64,000 nt of DNA from Mytilus californianus (lineage: Eukaryota): assembly GCF_021869535.1 (NCBI RefSeq), contig NW_026262581.1, positions 80,476,001 through 80,540,000 of the forward strand. The letters run 5' to 3'. Below, piece after piece: positions 51,301 to 63,364 of this stretch. Position numbers and translations under genes: made by a program. The stretch's first letter is position 1. Each line of letters begins with the position of its first letter. The notes under the pieces are model-generated. The model was given only the letters and a program-made list of their open reading frames with translations. It did no database searches and was not told where the DNA came from.

Positions 51301-52102
51301 CAGAAAACGAAACCAATTTTAATGACATCGTGTCGCATGTAAAATATAAATTAACTAACTAAAGAATACGACCAGATATTATATAAACACTTGTCTATTG
51401 TAAAAAACCTTATATTGGTCTCTAAATGTCTTTCGTTGTTTTGTGTCCATCGGTTTCGTTTTATCGACGTTTCCCCAAAATTTCTTTTTCGTAATAAAGA
51501 AATAAAGAACTTACGTTAAAGAGTATATTTATTTCATATTGTCAATGGAAGTATGCATTTTCATTTTGTTAAGTGGAAACGGCATTTGACATGTTTTCTG
51601 ATGTTTTGATAAAACTGCATTCATATACCTTCTTATCAGAATACCATAAGAGCTTTCCTTAAAGTAGATTTACATGAGAAATATATCACAAATATAAAAA
51701 GAAAGAAAAATGCATTAACTTCTTATGTAAGTTGAAGATGCAACAATTATGCTCATTGAAAAAATCATTGGTAATTTATTTTAGGATTTGGTAGCATGGA
51801 TCACGATGGGTATTCACCATATACCACATACTGAAGACTTGCCGGTTACACCTACTCCGGGAATGGAATTGAGCTTTTACCTATTACCATACAACTATTT
51901 TGATGAAGATCCAGCTATTTCTTCCTTGAATGCTGTCCGTATTGAACCAAAAGATAATGCCAAGCTGAAGACATCTATTAACATTAACCGTTATGGCGTC
52001 AAACAAAGTCTTCAGTGTGTACCAGAAAAAAATAAATATGACGAGGAAATTAAAGAAAATCCTTCTTTAATAATTGATACTGAAGGAGGCACATTCTTGT
52101 AA
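48305..52102 (+). CDS. AOC: Copper-containing (TPQ) amine oxidase paralogue 1, type II membrane anchored; join(48305..50389,51785..52102), 800 aa
   Basis: N-terminal hydrophobic anchor; conserved Tyr in ELSVFY; catalytic Asp in NYLD; TPQ motif INYDY; Cu ligands HQH and HHIPHTED. Phase-0 intron GAA|GTAAGT ... TTTTAG|GAT. 5'UTR acceptor TTTCACAG ending at 48296. Confidence 0.95.
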
Positions 52103-53176
52103 ATTTATATGTTATAATAAAACAAGTTTCAGGAATCAAACCGTCTGACAAGTGGAAATATATTGTACTTTTATATTTTATGACAATCTGTGCGAACATT
52201 CACTGGACAAATACTTCAGTAATTGATTTATATATGAATATACTTAGCATGCATAATTTATGTGCATTTTATACTTTTTTTTATCCGTGACGTTTATATA
52301 TATTATGCTTGATTCCATGCCCTTAGAGTGTATATTTGTTTGTGTGTATGTTTGTGGGAGATATAACAACTGTCATTAAATGATCATCACTGCTCTTATA
52401 AAAAGCAAACGCATTATTTTATATTTTAATTAAACAAAAATATGCATTGCAATCTGTCAATTTTACTACTTTCAATGCCAGTGTAACACATTTTGTTGAC
52501 TCAGTATTTAGTAGATTTGGTCTCTGGTGGATAGTTGTCCCATTTCAATCATAACACATCTCCTGTTTTCTATATTTAAGATAAATTAAACTTGTATGAT
52601 ATCACAAACCCTTAACGAAAGTATGCAAATCATGCTGTTCTGTTTTGTGATACTTATTTGCGGTCATTATATGATAACAATGAACTGCAACTGCAACTTG
52701 AACTTCATACTTTTCACTCATATGAAAATTTCATATAATTTCATTTAATGGGGGCAACATTTATTACAAATCTTTTGGTTGTTTAAAGAGTTATATATGC
52801 ATAAATAAATCTTTGTTTTATTTGTACAATTGTCGGAAAATGAAAGATTTATTTGTTTTTACCTTCTCGGCGTGACTCGTTTTTCTCCTTGTTTCTCCCG
52901 CTAGTCAAAATACTTTTTAATTTTACGTATATATAAATTGTGTATGTACCGAAACTGTCTTTTGTTGTAGACCGTATGGTAATCCCTAGGTGTTTTTATA
53001 TTGTTCGGTTGCTGTGTCTTCTCATATACCCCTCATTTATTTTTATTCATAATATTAATACATGCCACTTCTCTACACATGCCGATAAAGTTTGAAATTA
53101 ACATACTAATAATATTTCAGGAATATTAAGTATCAAAAGATTGCAGTGTGAAAACTAACAGCTTTTCCCTGTGATC

Positions 53177-56100
53177 ATGGCAGATCCTAGCATCAGGCAA
53201 TCAGTCGATGGACGGCGTTTACTCGTTTTACTCTTGCTACTTATAACAATATCTCTAGTAATTGCAATCATAGTGGTAGTTATTAATACTCATAGCAATA
53301 GAAAGCATCTACCTACCTGTCGCAGAAAAGAGAAAGGACAGTATGGTCAAATTGATCTAAAGGAATCTGATAATCCTTCTGTTTTTCGCGATTTGACTTC
53401 AAAAGAAATTGAAGCATTAATGAATTACTTACATTTGCAACAAAGTCTTAATTTGGTCAAAGCAGCAGATATGAAAGTAAATACTAGTTATGTTTACTCA
53501 TGTGAAATTCATCTACCTAGTAAGAGCTCCGTCCTTGATCATCTTGACAGGAATGCAAAAAAGCCTCAAAGAGAAGCGCATGTCATAATCTTCAGAGGTG
53601 ATAAACAAATACCAGATATCGAAGAAATAATTGTTGGTCCTTTACCCAATCCAACTGGTCATAGACCTGTTCCATATAAAAGACAGTCTATTCCGTTTAT
53701 ATATCGTCCCACTACGGGACCGGAACATATAGGGGTAATAGAAATGCTCAATTTAGAAATTGACCAACTCCTTGGAACAATGCTTGAAGAGTTGTACGGG
53801 GGACGACTTTTAAATTGTGATAGTAAATGCTTAATCATTAGGTACATAACACCGGTATCGTCTGCACTGTCTGGAGAAAGAAGACGTAAAACGTGGTATT
53901 GGCTGTCGCAATTTGCTGAATATTACATTTTACATCCTCTTGATTTTTCTGTATTGGTAGACATGGAGGTAACTAATTACACAATAGAAAACATATGGTT
54001 TAATGGAGAACTTTATGACACTCTTTTAGATGTTTTAAACTATTACGTTGCAAATAAAGGATCTATTATTAAAATTCAATTTCCAAATGTGAACACTGAT
54101 AATTTTTCTACAGCGAAACAACGTGGCATACCACCAATTAGTCCTCTTTTAAGAAATCCAGTGCAAGTATCACCTGACGGAAAAAGATATAATGTGAATG
54201 ATCGTCATGTCAATTATATGTCCTGGGAATTTGATTTCCGGATGTCCACAACAAGAGGTCCACAAATATATGATTTAAAATTCAAGAAAGAAAGGATTGC
54301 ATATGAAATAGGCTTACAAGACATTGCCGTATTTTATTCAGGGTACAAACCCATGCAAGCTATGGCTAACTATTTAGATAGTGTAGGTTTAATCGGATCT
54401 CGTGCACAAGGTTTAGTACCTGGTGTCGATTGTCCAAAGGACGCTACATTTGTAGGGACGACGTTGCTGGTGGAGTCAGACAGACCTTTTTCGTATGAAA
54501 ACGTATTCTGTCTGTTTGAATATAATATAGGTATGCCATTACGAAGACACCATTCCTACTCGTTTTATCATGGTAGGTTTTATGAAGGAATGGAAACAAC
54601 GGTACTGGTTTTGAGAACTATTATCGTTATTGTCAACTATGATTACATTATCGACTTTACATTTTATCCGAACGGTGCAGTACAAGTAAAGGCCGTTTCC
54701 ACTGGCTACGTATTAGGTACGTTTTATACTAAAAATGAAACTAAATACAGTTTCAAACTTCATGAGAATTTGGCAGCTAACATACACCATCATATTTTCA
54801 ATTTTAAAGCCGATTTAGATGTAAAAGGAAAAGAAAATAGATTTGCGACGGTTGACATTGAAACTGAAGATTTATCGAATAAGTTTTCAAAAGACCCGGG
54901 TTCAAGATTATTTCAACATAAGTTTTCGTCTACTCTAAAGAAAACGGAGAAAGAAGCTGCGTATAAATTTAATTTTGAAACTCCAAAATATTTACTTCTT
55001 TACAAAGAAGATGACAAAACGAGGAAAGCTTACGAAAAGAGTAAAAGTTATCGAATACTGAATACAGGAATGTCGAAACAAATCCTACCAGAAGGCAAAG
55101 GTAACGAGCCGAGTATAAGTTGGGCTAGATATCAAGTTACCGTTACTAAATATAAGGACTCGGAACCAACGAGTAGTTCTTTATACTCTATTCTAGATGC
55201 CGAAGACCCAATAGTACATTTTCAGAACTTTATTAATGATAACGAATCAGTTGTTGATGAGGTAAATGTAAAAATAACCGATAAGATCTGCCAAGTTCAT
55301 TTGAAAAAAAAAGATAAAAGATAATGATATTAACTAAGACAGCCGATGGCGTGGTTCCAAACATACACTTAAAACAATCGACCGGGTCAAGTTATTTTTA
55401 TCATCGCCATAAAATAAAAATCAATTCTGAAGGAAAATCATTTAACCCAAATCAACAGTATGAAAGATAACAAAAACTCAAATACACCGATTTATAATTT
55501 AATTTTGGATGTAACGCGTCTTCCGATTAGCTGACGTTGTTTTGTTTATCAGCTCATAGACATAATTTTGTCATGTGACCTTGACGTCATCAACGTTTTT
55601 CATGATTTACTCTGGTTTAAAATGGAATTAAGAATTAAATTATAAGAAATGACTGTATTATTTTTTCTGTCTATTCGAAAAAACATAAAAAATGTGGTGC
55701 ACACTTTAAAATAACCCGCTACGCGGGTTATTCCGTGTGCACCACATTTTTGATGTTATTTCTTCATAGACAGAAAAAATATTAAAGCCATTACTTAAAT
55801 AAACAAAATAATAATAAATAACACCTTTTAAAAGAATGTTTAAAGTTAATGAAAGCAGGGTTGTATGTAACCTACAGTAATTGATATGCACTCATCTGTC
55901 ATACTCTAATGTCGGTGGCTGTATTTCACAGTACATTTCAAACTGAAATGACATTAACAGTACAGGAAGACATGAACTTATGTAATGCTTAAAACAAACC
56001 CTTAAGGTAGATGGGGTGTCTAAATTATAATCCATAGAATTTTTTAATAATTTGCCAAAATGTTGTTTATATCATGCTTTTTAAAAAAAAATAATAAAAA

Positions 56101-57059
56101 GAATGGGTCACGGGGCTTATTTTCACGCTACAGGTTGTGCAAAATTGACAGATTTTGTATAGATTATGCATGGAAAACCCAATTTTCTGCCATAAAACGA
56201 AAACTACACCATAGAATTTTGAGATAAAATATGAGAAAATAGCTCTAATAGTATGCTTTCAGATAAGAAAAAGAAAAAATGGGGTAACGGGACCCGTTTT
56301 CTTGCTACATAATAAAATAGGTAAATTCCTAACACATTCTATTGTAAAAGTAACTTTATCTGAATTATCTGCCCTTACATTTGAGTTGCCTCCCCTTATG
56401 TGGCAAAGTTGGAAAAAATAGAATCAAACAAAAGTATTCTGTTTTTCTGTAAAATACAACCAAAAATATGATAAAATATGTCATTTTCTCTATTGAAATG
56501 AAAATTCTTACACATGAATTACCTACTACTCTCAAAATTTGCACCTTTTATTAAAGATCTAGACCGATTGTTTTCTTGTATTTCAAAATCCAAGATGGAG
56601 GAAGACACCCTATCTACCTTAAAGACGTATACAGAAAATAAACGGAACTTTTTGCTTAAATTTGTTTTAGCGAATTGATGTTCAATATAAAATAAAATAG
56701 AATTTTCTTTTTAACTAATATTTTCTATTTTGAAGGTGACTTGTTATCTATATTTGTAGGATTTAGTAGCATGGATCACTATGGGAGTTCATCATATTCC
56801 ACACACTGAAGACCTGCCGGTTACTACTACCCCGGGGATGGAAGTAAGCTTTTACCTATTACCATACAACTATTTTGATGAAGATCCAGCTATTTCATCA
56901 TTGAATGCTGTGCGTATAGAACCAACAAACAAGCTGAAGCATAAGACATCTATAAAAATAAACCGATATGGAGTTAAGCAAAATTTTGAATGTCTGCCAG
57001 CGGAAGTCAATTACGACGAAGAAATTATGAAGAATCCTACTATAATCCTTGATACTTGA
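53177..57059 (+). CDS. AOC: Copper-containing (TPQ) amine oxidase paralogue 2, type II membrane anchored; join(53177..55261,56760..57059), 794 aa
   Basis: Same motifs (NYLD, VNYDY, HHH, HHIPHTED). Exon 1 is exactly 2085 nt, as in paralogue 1. Intron GAG|GTAAAT ... TTTGTAG|GAT at the same codon. Confidence 0.95.
55490..55800. mobile_element. Foldback element (possibly non-autonomous Crypton-type) in the paralogue 2 intron
   Basis: Long imperfect hairpin 55660-55780 centred on AATAACCCGC-TAC-GCGGGTTATT, with AAAAATGTGGTGCACAC/GTGTGCACCACATTTTT arms. Confidence 0.7.
56006..56618. mobile_element. Non-autonomous DNA transposon, Kolobok-like (TTAA TSD, GG termini)
   Basis: TTAA|GGTAGATGGGGTGTCT ... 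AGACACCCTATCTACC|TTAA: 16-bp TIR with one mismatch. Confidence 0.8.
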
Positions 57060-57824
57060 GAAGACAATATCGTGTTATATTTGCTTTCTTCGTTAAGAAT
57101 AATTCTCAGACACATTATTAATGTATTATATGGCTAGCAGCTATGGTTCTGTATGTTTTTACTTTTAATTTATAATTATCCTTATAAAGTATATGCAGCA
57201 TTTGATATTCAGTTATCGTTACGAACATTTTTGATCGGGGACCTTTGTAAAATCATATATGTATAATCTTGCTATGTGATAATCGTTTACCTAACACGTA
57301 TCGAAGACAAGAATACTCATTTTTAAAATGTTTGCACCAAAAGCAAAATATATTTAAAATGTAAGACGAAATTTTAACCAAAAAAAAAACTCAATATATC
57401 ATAAAAATCCATAAACACACGTGCTTTTTCTACACGTATTTCCCACAACCACCCCTTTTCAGTTACATTTATGGTTGTTTCTAAGATGCTTAAATTCAAC
57501 ATGTTTCATTTAGTGTCTGTAGAAGCTGGTTCATTGCAGACTGTGTTTTGGTTTAAAAATTTGATGGAATGTGTTCTCCTTTACGTGTATGTAAAATATA
57601 CGTTAGAAACTAGTAGTTCACTCCATGAATCTGTGAATTGTATTTCAATATCGCACTTAAAAATGCAACCAGCAACAACGTTACATATGCTTTTATGTAT
57701 AAACAAAACTTTATGTACTACAATGTACTAGGTATTTCAAATGTTTATGTTGTACAAGAATTCACATATAAAATATATACTTTCTAGTAAATCTCATGCA
57801 GTTTATTTACATAATATAAAATAT

Positions 57825-58883
57825 TTATGATGATTTACATCCATCTACAGATGATTTTGAATATCTGGTTTTCGTCGATATATTTGATGCTTTCGAGAAC
57901 CTTCCTGAAAGTGGGCCTGTTTCTGCTTCGGTCTTTGAGGGAGAGCGTATTTCGGGTCTTTTGTTGATCTGTGTTGTCGGGCGACTGTTTATCATTGGAA
58001 GTGTATAATTATCTTTTTTGGTCTTTTGATCACTTGAAAGTTGACTACAAGGATCAAGCTTTGTTGTCAATATTCCTAAAGTTGTCAAATAAGATTCCTG
58101 ATTTTTTGGATGGATATATACAATATTTATATCTTTTAAAGAATGTATTAGTACTTTGATTTGTTTTCTTTCTTCAGTGGTGGACGTTTTCAAATTATGA
58201 AGTGTAATAAAAACTTGGCTATTTGAGCCAAATTCTTTTACAAAATCTAGCTCCTTTTTATGCTCGTTTACCTTTTCGATTAACCCCGAAACCTTATCCT
58301 CCTGCTTTTCAATGTTTGATGATTTCAAAAGATGCACAGATGACAGTTCTGATAGCAATGCATGCTCTAATGCTTCAAGACGATCAATAATGTTTTGTTT
58401 AATTTCAGCAATAGATTTCGTTATTTCGTCCTTTTGCTTATCTAGTCTTTTTAAATTTTCGGTTCGGTTCTGTGCTAATTTGTTTAATAATTGAATATCT
58501 TCATCCATATCTTTCGTCACGGTCTGTAACAAAGGCGATTGTTTGATTCCCTTTGCGACAGTATCTATTGACTGCATCCTATCGCACCCTCTATGTTTTT
58601 CCGTCATGCATGATCGGCAACACAGTGCATTATGATATGCACAGTACAGATCTAAAATTAGATCCGAATGCAAAGGACAATACTTTTGAGATGTTAAACT
58701 TGGGGATATCTCTGGCGGCATATCTTCTATTTTCTTTAGTGTATGTGCAAGAGTAATTTTATTGATTCGATGCGCATTATTACAATTCTGACATAATGAT
58801 TCAACACAGTCACAACACCAGCTAACTGCCTCTGCTGTATTGTTTTCTCTTTGGCAAGGTTCACAAAACGGAATTGAAGACAT
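57825..58883 (-). CDS. Double B-box / coiled-coil protein (RING-less TRIM-like) with S/T/P-rich tail and no propeller, 352 aa
   Basis: B-box1 CEPC..CCDC..LCQNC..AH..H; B-box2 CPLH..YCAYH..CCRSC..H..C; then coiled coil. Strong acceptor TTTTTTTTTTAG 6 nt upstream of the ATG. Confidence 0.88.
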   Translation of the reverse strand: MSSIPFCEPCQRENNTAEAVSWCCDCVESLCQNCNNAHRINKITLAHTLKKIEDMPPEISPSLTSQKYCPLHSDLILDLYCAYHNALCCRSCMTEKHRGCDRMQSIDTVAKGIKQSPLLQTVTKDMDEDIQLLNKLAQNRTENLKRLDKQKDEITKSIAEIKQNIIDRLEALEHALLSELSSVHLLKSSNIEKQEDKVSGLIEKVNEHKKELDFVKEFGSNSQVFITLHNLKTSTTEERKQIKVLIHSLKDINIVYIHPKNQESYLTTLGILTTKLDPCSQLSSDQKTKKDNYTLPMINSRPTTQINKRPEIRSPSKTEAETGPLSGRFSKASNISTKTRYSKSSVDGCKSS

Positions 58884-58987
58884 AGTTATCTAAAAAAAAA
58901 AGACATTTGCATAAGCCATTCATGTACATATGAATAAAAGAATGATAATCGGAAACATATAATAATTATGATTTTTTTTCAGTTATA

Positions 58988-59131
58988 TGGCCCTTTATAG
59001 CTTGCTGTTCGGTGTGAGCCAAGGCTCCGTGTTGTAGACCGTACTTTGACCTATAATGGTTTACTTTTATAAATTTTGACTTGGATGGAGAGTTGTCTCA
59101 TTGGCACTCATATCACATCTTCTTATATCTA
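58988..59131 (+). mobile_element. 3'-terminal fragment of a twister-family repeat
   Basis: Near-identical to 15790-15930. Confidence 0.7.
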
Positions 59132-59744
59132 TTTACAAATGTTGCTGCATTTGTAGCTATCAAACTTGAAAGAAATATTTGCCTTGATCCGAAAAAAAAA
59201 ATCTAATCGACGTCTTGACAATATCTGACCTTTATGTACTGAAAAAAACAATTTAGGCGATGTTTTACAATAAAATACCTCGGTTTTTCAATTAAGTCAA
59301 AGCATCCCACCTTAAGTCAACCTCGAATCTCCCTTGTTATAAAAATAAGCAACAGTGGGAACCAGAAGAAACTATTGCATATTTCTGATCTCGAACAGCA
59401 ACATATCTTATGTAATTAAGCTCTTTCGTAACCGAAAGTTAAAGATATAACATATTTCAGAGTGGTGTAGTTTCTTGAAAAAAAAATGGTAAATTTAGAA
59501 AAAAAAATAAGTATGGCAAGTGAAAGTTTGTAGCACTCTTTGAATTGAGGAGCCAAACATACAGGGTCTCTAAATAAAAAAAGGATAGGAATACATAACA
59601 TAACACACACTTGAAACAGCAAAATGACAGAGCTTTCATTAAGGCCTGTTTAGTTAAATGTTTTTTGAATTGCTGTCTCATAATGTTTGCTCCTTTTAAC
59701 ACTTATCATAGATATTCAGTAATACATCTTTCATTTTAGTAGTT

Positions 59745-59955
59745 AGTCACCACTTCGGTGTTAACATGTATATCAGTTATATGGTCATTTTTATATTTTA
59801 TAAATTTACTGTTTGCAAAAAGATGAATTATTCTAAATACTTAATAATTTCTTATCCCAGGCAGATAACCTAGCCGTATTTGGCACAACTTTTTGGAAGT
59901 TTGGGTAATCAATGCTCTTCATCTTTAGTCCTGGCACCTTTGATAACTATTAGCT
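59745..59955 (+). mobile_element. Retrozyme monomer remnant with the hammerhead segment deleted
   Basis: TATTTGGCACAACTTTTTGG..CAATGCTCT joined directly to CCTGGCACCTTTGATAACT, skipping the hammerhead present at 37190-37231. Confidence 0.55.
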
Positions 59956-59969
59956 TGTCGTTATGTTCT

Positions 59970-60331
59970 ATTGTATTGTTTATTTGTGTGTTTCTCTGTC
60001 CTGTATGTTCTTCCATTTATTTGTATTCTAGTCCTGTCATGTAATGTTGTCATTTTAGTGTTATATTTAACATTGCCATTAAAGCGGGAGGTTTGGCTAG
60101 TCACAAACCCAGGTTCAACCTACCACTTTTTCTTAAAATGTCCTGTACCAAGTCAGGAAAATGGCTATTGTTATCTTTTAGTTCGTTTCTGTGTGTGTTG
60201 CATTTTAGTGTGTCTTTGTTCTCCTCTTATATTTGATGTGTTTCCCTCAGTTTTAGTTTGTAACCCGGATTTGTTTTTTCTCAATCGATTTATGAATTTC
60301 GAACAGCGGTATACTACTGTTGCCTTTATTT
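59970..60331 (+). mobile_element. Third, strongly diverged twister-bearing non-autonomous family
   Basis: No obvious flank similarity to the other families, but it contains the complete twister architecture (60075-60165). Confidence 0.7.
60075..60165 (+). ncRNA. P5-type twister ribozyme fold with compensatory pseudoknot changes; predicted cleavage 60116^60117
   Basis: GCCAUU(P5)..GG-GAGGU-[UGGCUAGUCA][AACCCAGGUU]-C^AA-CC-U-AC-C..CCUG-UACCAAGU-CAGG-AA-AAUGGC. GAGGU pairs with loop ACC; AC pairs with loop GU. Confidence 0.72.
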
Positions 60332-60505
60332 AATATCAATATACAAAAGAGTACGAAGATTATCGACTGTCTTGATGCCTTTGATTTGCAGATTTGCTTT
60401 TTCTGCAGTTTGTTTGGTATCCTTTATCGTATATTAAAAGATAAAAAATAAATACAGCACATCAGACAAAACCACTGTTTTAAAAACATTTGAATGCAGT
60501 TTAAA

Positions 60506-61043
60506 TAAAATTGAGAATGGAAATGGGGAATGTGTCAAAGAGACAACAACCCGACCATAGAGCAAACAACAGCCGAAGGCCACCCATGGGTCTTCAATGC
60601 AGCGAGAAACTCCCGCACCCGGAGGCGTCCTTCAGCTGGCCCCCAAACAAATATGTATACTAGTTCAGTGATAATGGACGTCATACTAAACTCCAAATTA
60701 TACACAAGAAACTAAAATTAAAAATGATACAAGACTAACAAAGGCCAGAGGCTCCTGACTTGGGACAGGCGCAAAAATGCGGCGCGGTTAAACATGTTTT
60801 TTGAGATCTCAACCCTCCCCCTATACCTCTAGCCAATGTAGAAAAACAAACGTACAACAGTACGCACAGTAAAACTCAGTTTAAGAGAAGTCCGAGTCCG
60901 ATGTCAGAATAGGAAATGAAAGAAAATAAAGAAAATGACAATACTAGTATTACATAAATAACAACAGACTACTAGCAGTTACTGACATGCCAGCTCCAGG
61001 CCTCAATTAAACTGATTGAAAGATTATGTCTTCATCATATGAA
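60506..61043 (-). mobile_element. 3'-region-only copy of the Naiad-type element (truncated inside the SECIS 3' arm)
   Basis: Reverse complement of ~25215-25753 with high similarity. Confidence 0.9.
60743..60833 (-). ncRNA. P5-type twister ribozyme fold, second copy of the Naiad family; predicted cleavage 60790^60789
   Basis: Minus strand GGCUAGAGGU-AUA-GGG-GAGGG-UUGAGAUCUCAA-AA-AACAUGUU-U^AA-CCG-C-GC-C-GCAUUUUUGC-G-CCUG-UCCCAAGU-CAGG-A-GCCUCUGGCC; one P2 mismatch. Confidence 0.8.
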
Positions 61044-62229
61044 GCTTGTTTAAAATTCTGTATCATGCCACACAAAAGAAAAAATAAAAATAAAAAAAGA
61101 TATATTAAAAAGAGGCAATAAAAACATTTGACAAAAGGAGGACAGACAGCAGTGGCTTCAAAAAGATACTGCTTCAGCAATGCCAATGATTTTTGTAATC
61201 CTTGAACTTGTTGATTGACCTACTATTGTCAACGATAAATTCAATAAGGCAAAGTGAAAACTTGTATACAGCTTAAGTGCAAAGATTCGCCTAAACATTA
61301 CAGATAATTAACATGAGAGATCTGGTAAGAATATACTATGATCTTAGTTTTAACATATTTCACGTATCTATTCTTTGAAAAATCACTCTTCGTTGACCTA
61401 TGCAGTGATTCTTGAATTGTGCAACGAGTCTAATCATTTAAACTAAATTACAACAGACGTATATGCTGTTCAATGGCCGTTCATGCAACTTTTAGAAAAG
61501 GTTCCTTCCTTAGTTTTGACATTTTTACATCACTAAAAAGGGGTCCAACCCCATGAATTGAAATTCCTTATGATCAATCACAGTCAATCATATTTGTAAT
61601 TACATTTACACATTAGAGCAAGAATTATAATGGCCCATTTTTTTCGATTATTTCCCTTACGGTTTTTACGTACACGTGTAATTTGAAAATATCAAATAAA
61701 CAAAGAAACAATATACTTACTATGCGTTGTGCATGTGCAGGATTTGTATTTTTAGATTGTGTCGTTAAAAAAACGCTAAAATAATGTTCTGTTTGAAACG
61801 TTATTAAATGGAACATTAACTTTTTGAAAGGGAATACCTAATTGTATGGTTAAGCATAATAAAACTAACCGATCCGAAAGATAAAATTGACAACAGTCAT
61901 TTTAGATATCTTGATCGGTAAAAAAATTTACCATTATTTATATTTACATAAACATATATACAAATTGAATAAAAAACGTGTTAAAAATCTTAAAATGATC
62001 TGAGTTGCTCCAGTCCCGTGATGGAAGCTTTGATAAAGAAGAATCGACCTTTAGGTCAGATATACTAATGTTTTAAAAGTTTTCTTCTAGGTTCATTTTT
62101 TCCTTCGGTTCCTAATACCAGACTACGCATTCTCTTCTATAGCATGTTGTGTAATATGGCCCAAACACACCATAACGCCCAGTAGCAAATATTTTATGAT
62201 TATCAATGACGATAATAAACTAACAATAA

Positions 62230-62515
62230 ATCCTATAGGTTGTTTCTAAAAAAAAATGGATCAACTGCTATGTCGGACGGGCAAGTTAGACTACCAATGG
62301 GAACGGGGGTTGTGTTGGATAGGAGCAGCAATTATGACTTTCAAAAGTAGTCCTACAAATCTACGGGGAGTTGTTGCAAGGGTTCTTTAACGTGTAGAGA
62401 TTGTGGCACTTTCCATACACAAGGCATCGGATTTAATTTCCAAATCCGATCAGACGTGGCTGCGTATTTGTACATCCCACGCAATAAAAAGGACACTCTA
62501 TATCTTGCATAAATC
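62230..62515 (-). mobile_element. Decayed CORE-type SINE
   Basis: Minus strand GGGATGTACAAATACGCAGCCACG...CACGTTAAAGAACCC (CORE-like), homologous to 38900-39090. Confidence 0.55.
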
Positions 62516-63364
62516 CCTTTTTTTTTAATTAGAAATTTAAACTAATGTATAAACTACGCTCAGGAAAATAAATAGGCATTTCCTTCGATGTGCCAGCACA
62601 ACTGCTATGTAGTGTAATAATTCTAGTTTAGTATGCGTATATATAAGAAGAGAGATAACTTTTGTTTACATATATACAAAACGTATATTTCTTCTAATAG
62701 AGACCCCGGTATTGACTGGGATCTAAAGAAGAGAAAGAGACTTTAAAATATACATTTTTTGAATATTAAATCTGGACCAAGGAGTGGACACAATATTTTT
62801 TTGAAAGGGGGGCGTAATTGCAGAAAACGTAATAGATAGTTTTTGAACAATTTTGAACGATTTAGTGCTAAAACAGCATTAAAAATCGTGAAAAACATGA
62901 GATTTTTAATTTTTGGGGTGACAAAAAAAAATTAAAAGAAGTCACTAAAGCCAGGGCTGGACTACATCGGTATGCTACTGAAACCACTGTCAAGAAGGAC
63001 GGTTGAGCATTCAAAGCCATCTTAACCTCACCATAATCTTTTGAGGGTGTGAATTTGGTATTCCAAATGACGACCAACATGCAGTTAAACATTTGTTAAA
63101 TTGAAGTAAATTATATATATTTTACTCTGATTGACTCTAGCAGTAGCTAAACAATATGATGTAACGAATGACAATAAAAATTTAAGGCTCATTCGATTCG
63201 GAGGCAAAAAAGGGACGATAAAGGACATTTCTACAATCCATTAAGCGTCTGCCAAGACAGGAGTTGTTGTCTAGTGGTCGTCGGTGTCTCCCTGTCATTT
63301 TGATTTTTCTTTAATGTATTGTTAACTAGGCCATTAGTTATCCTGTTCGAATTTTTTACATTTA

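Noticed and set aside
62868-63092. 74-aa minus-strand ORF in a locally GC-richer patch
   Set aside because: No motif in any frame; probably repeat-derived.
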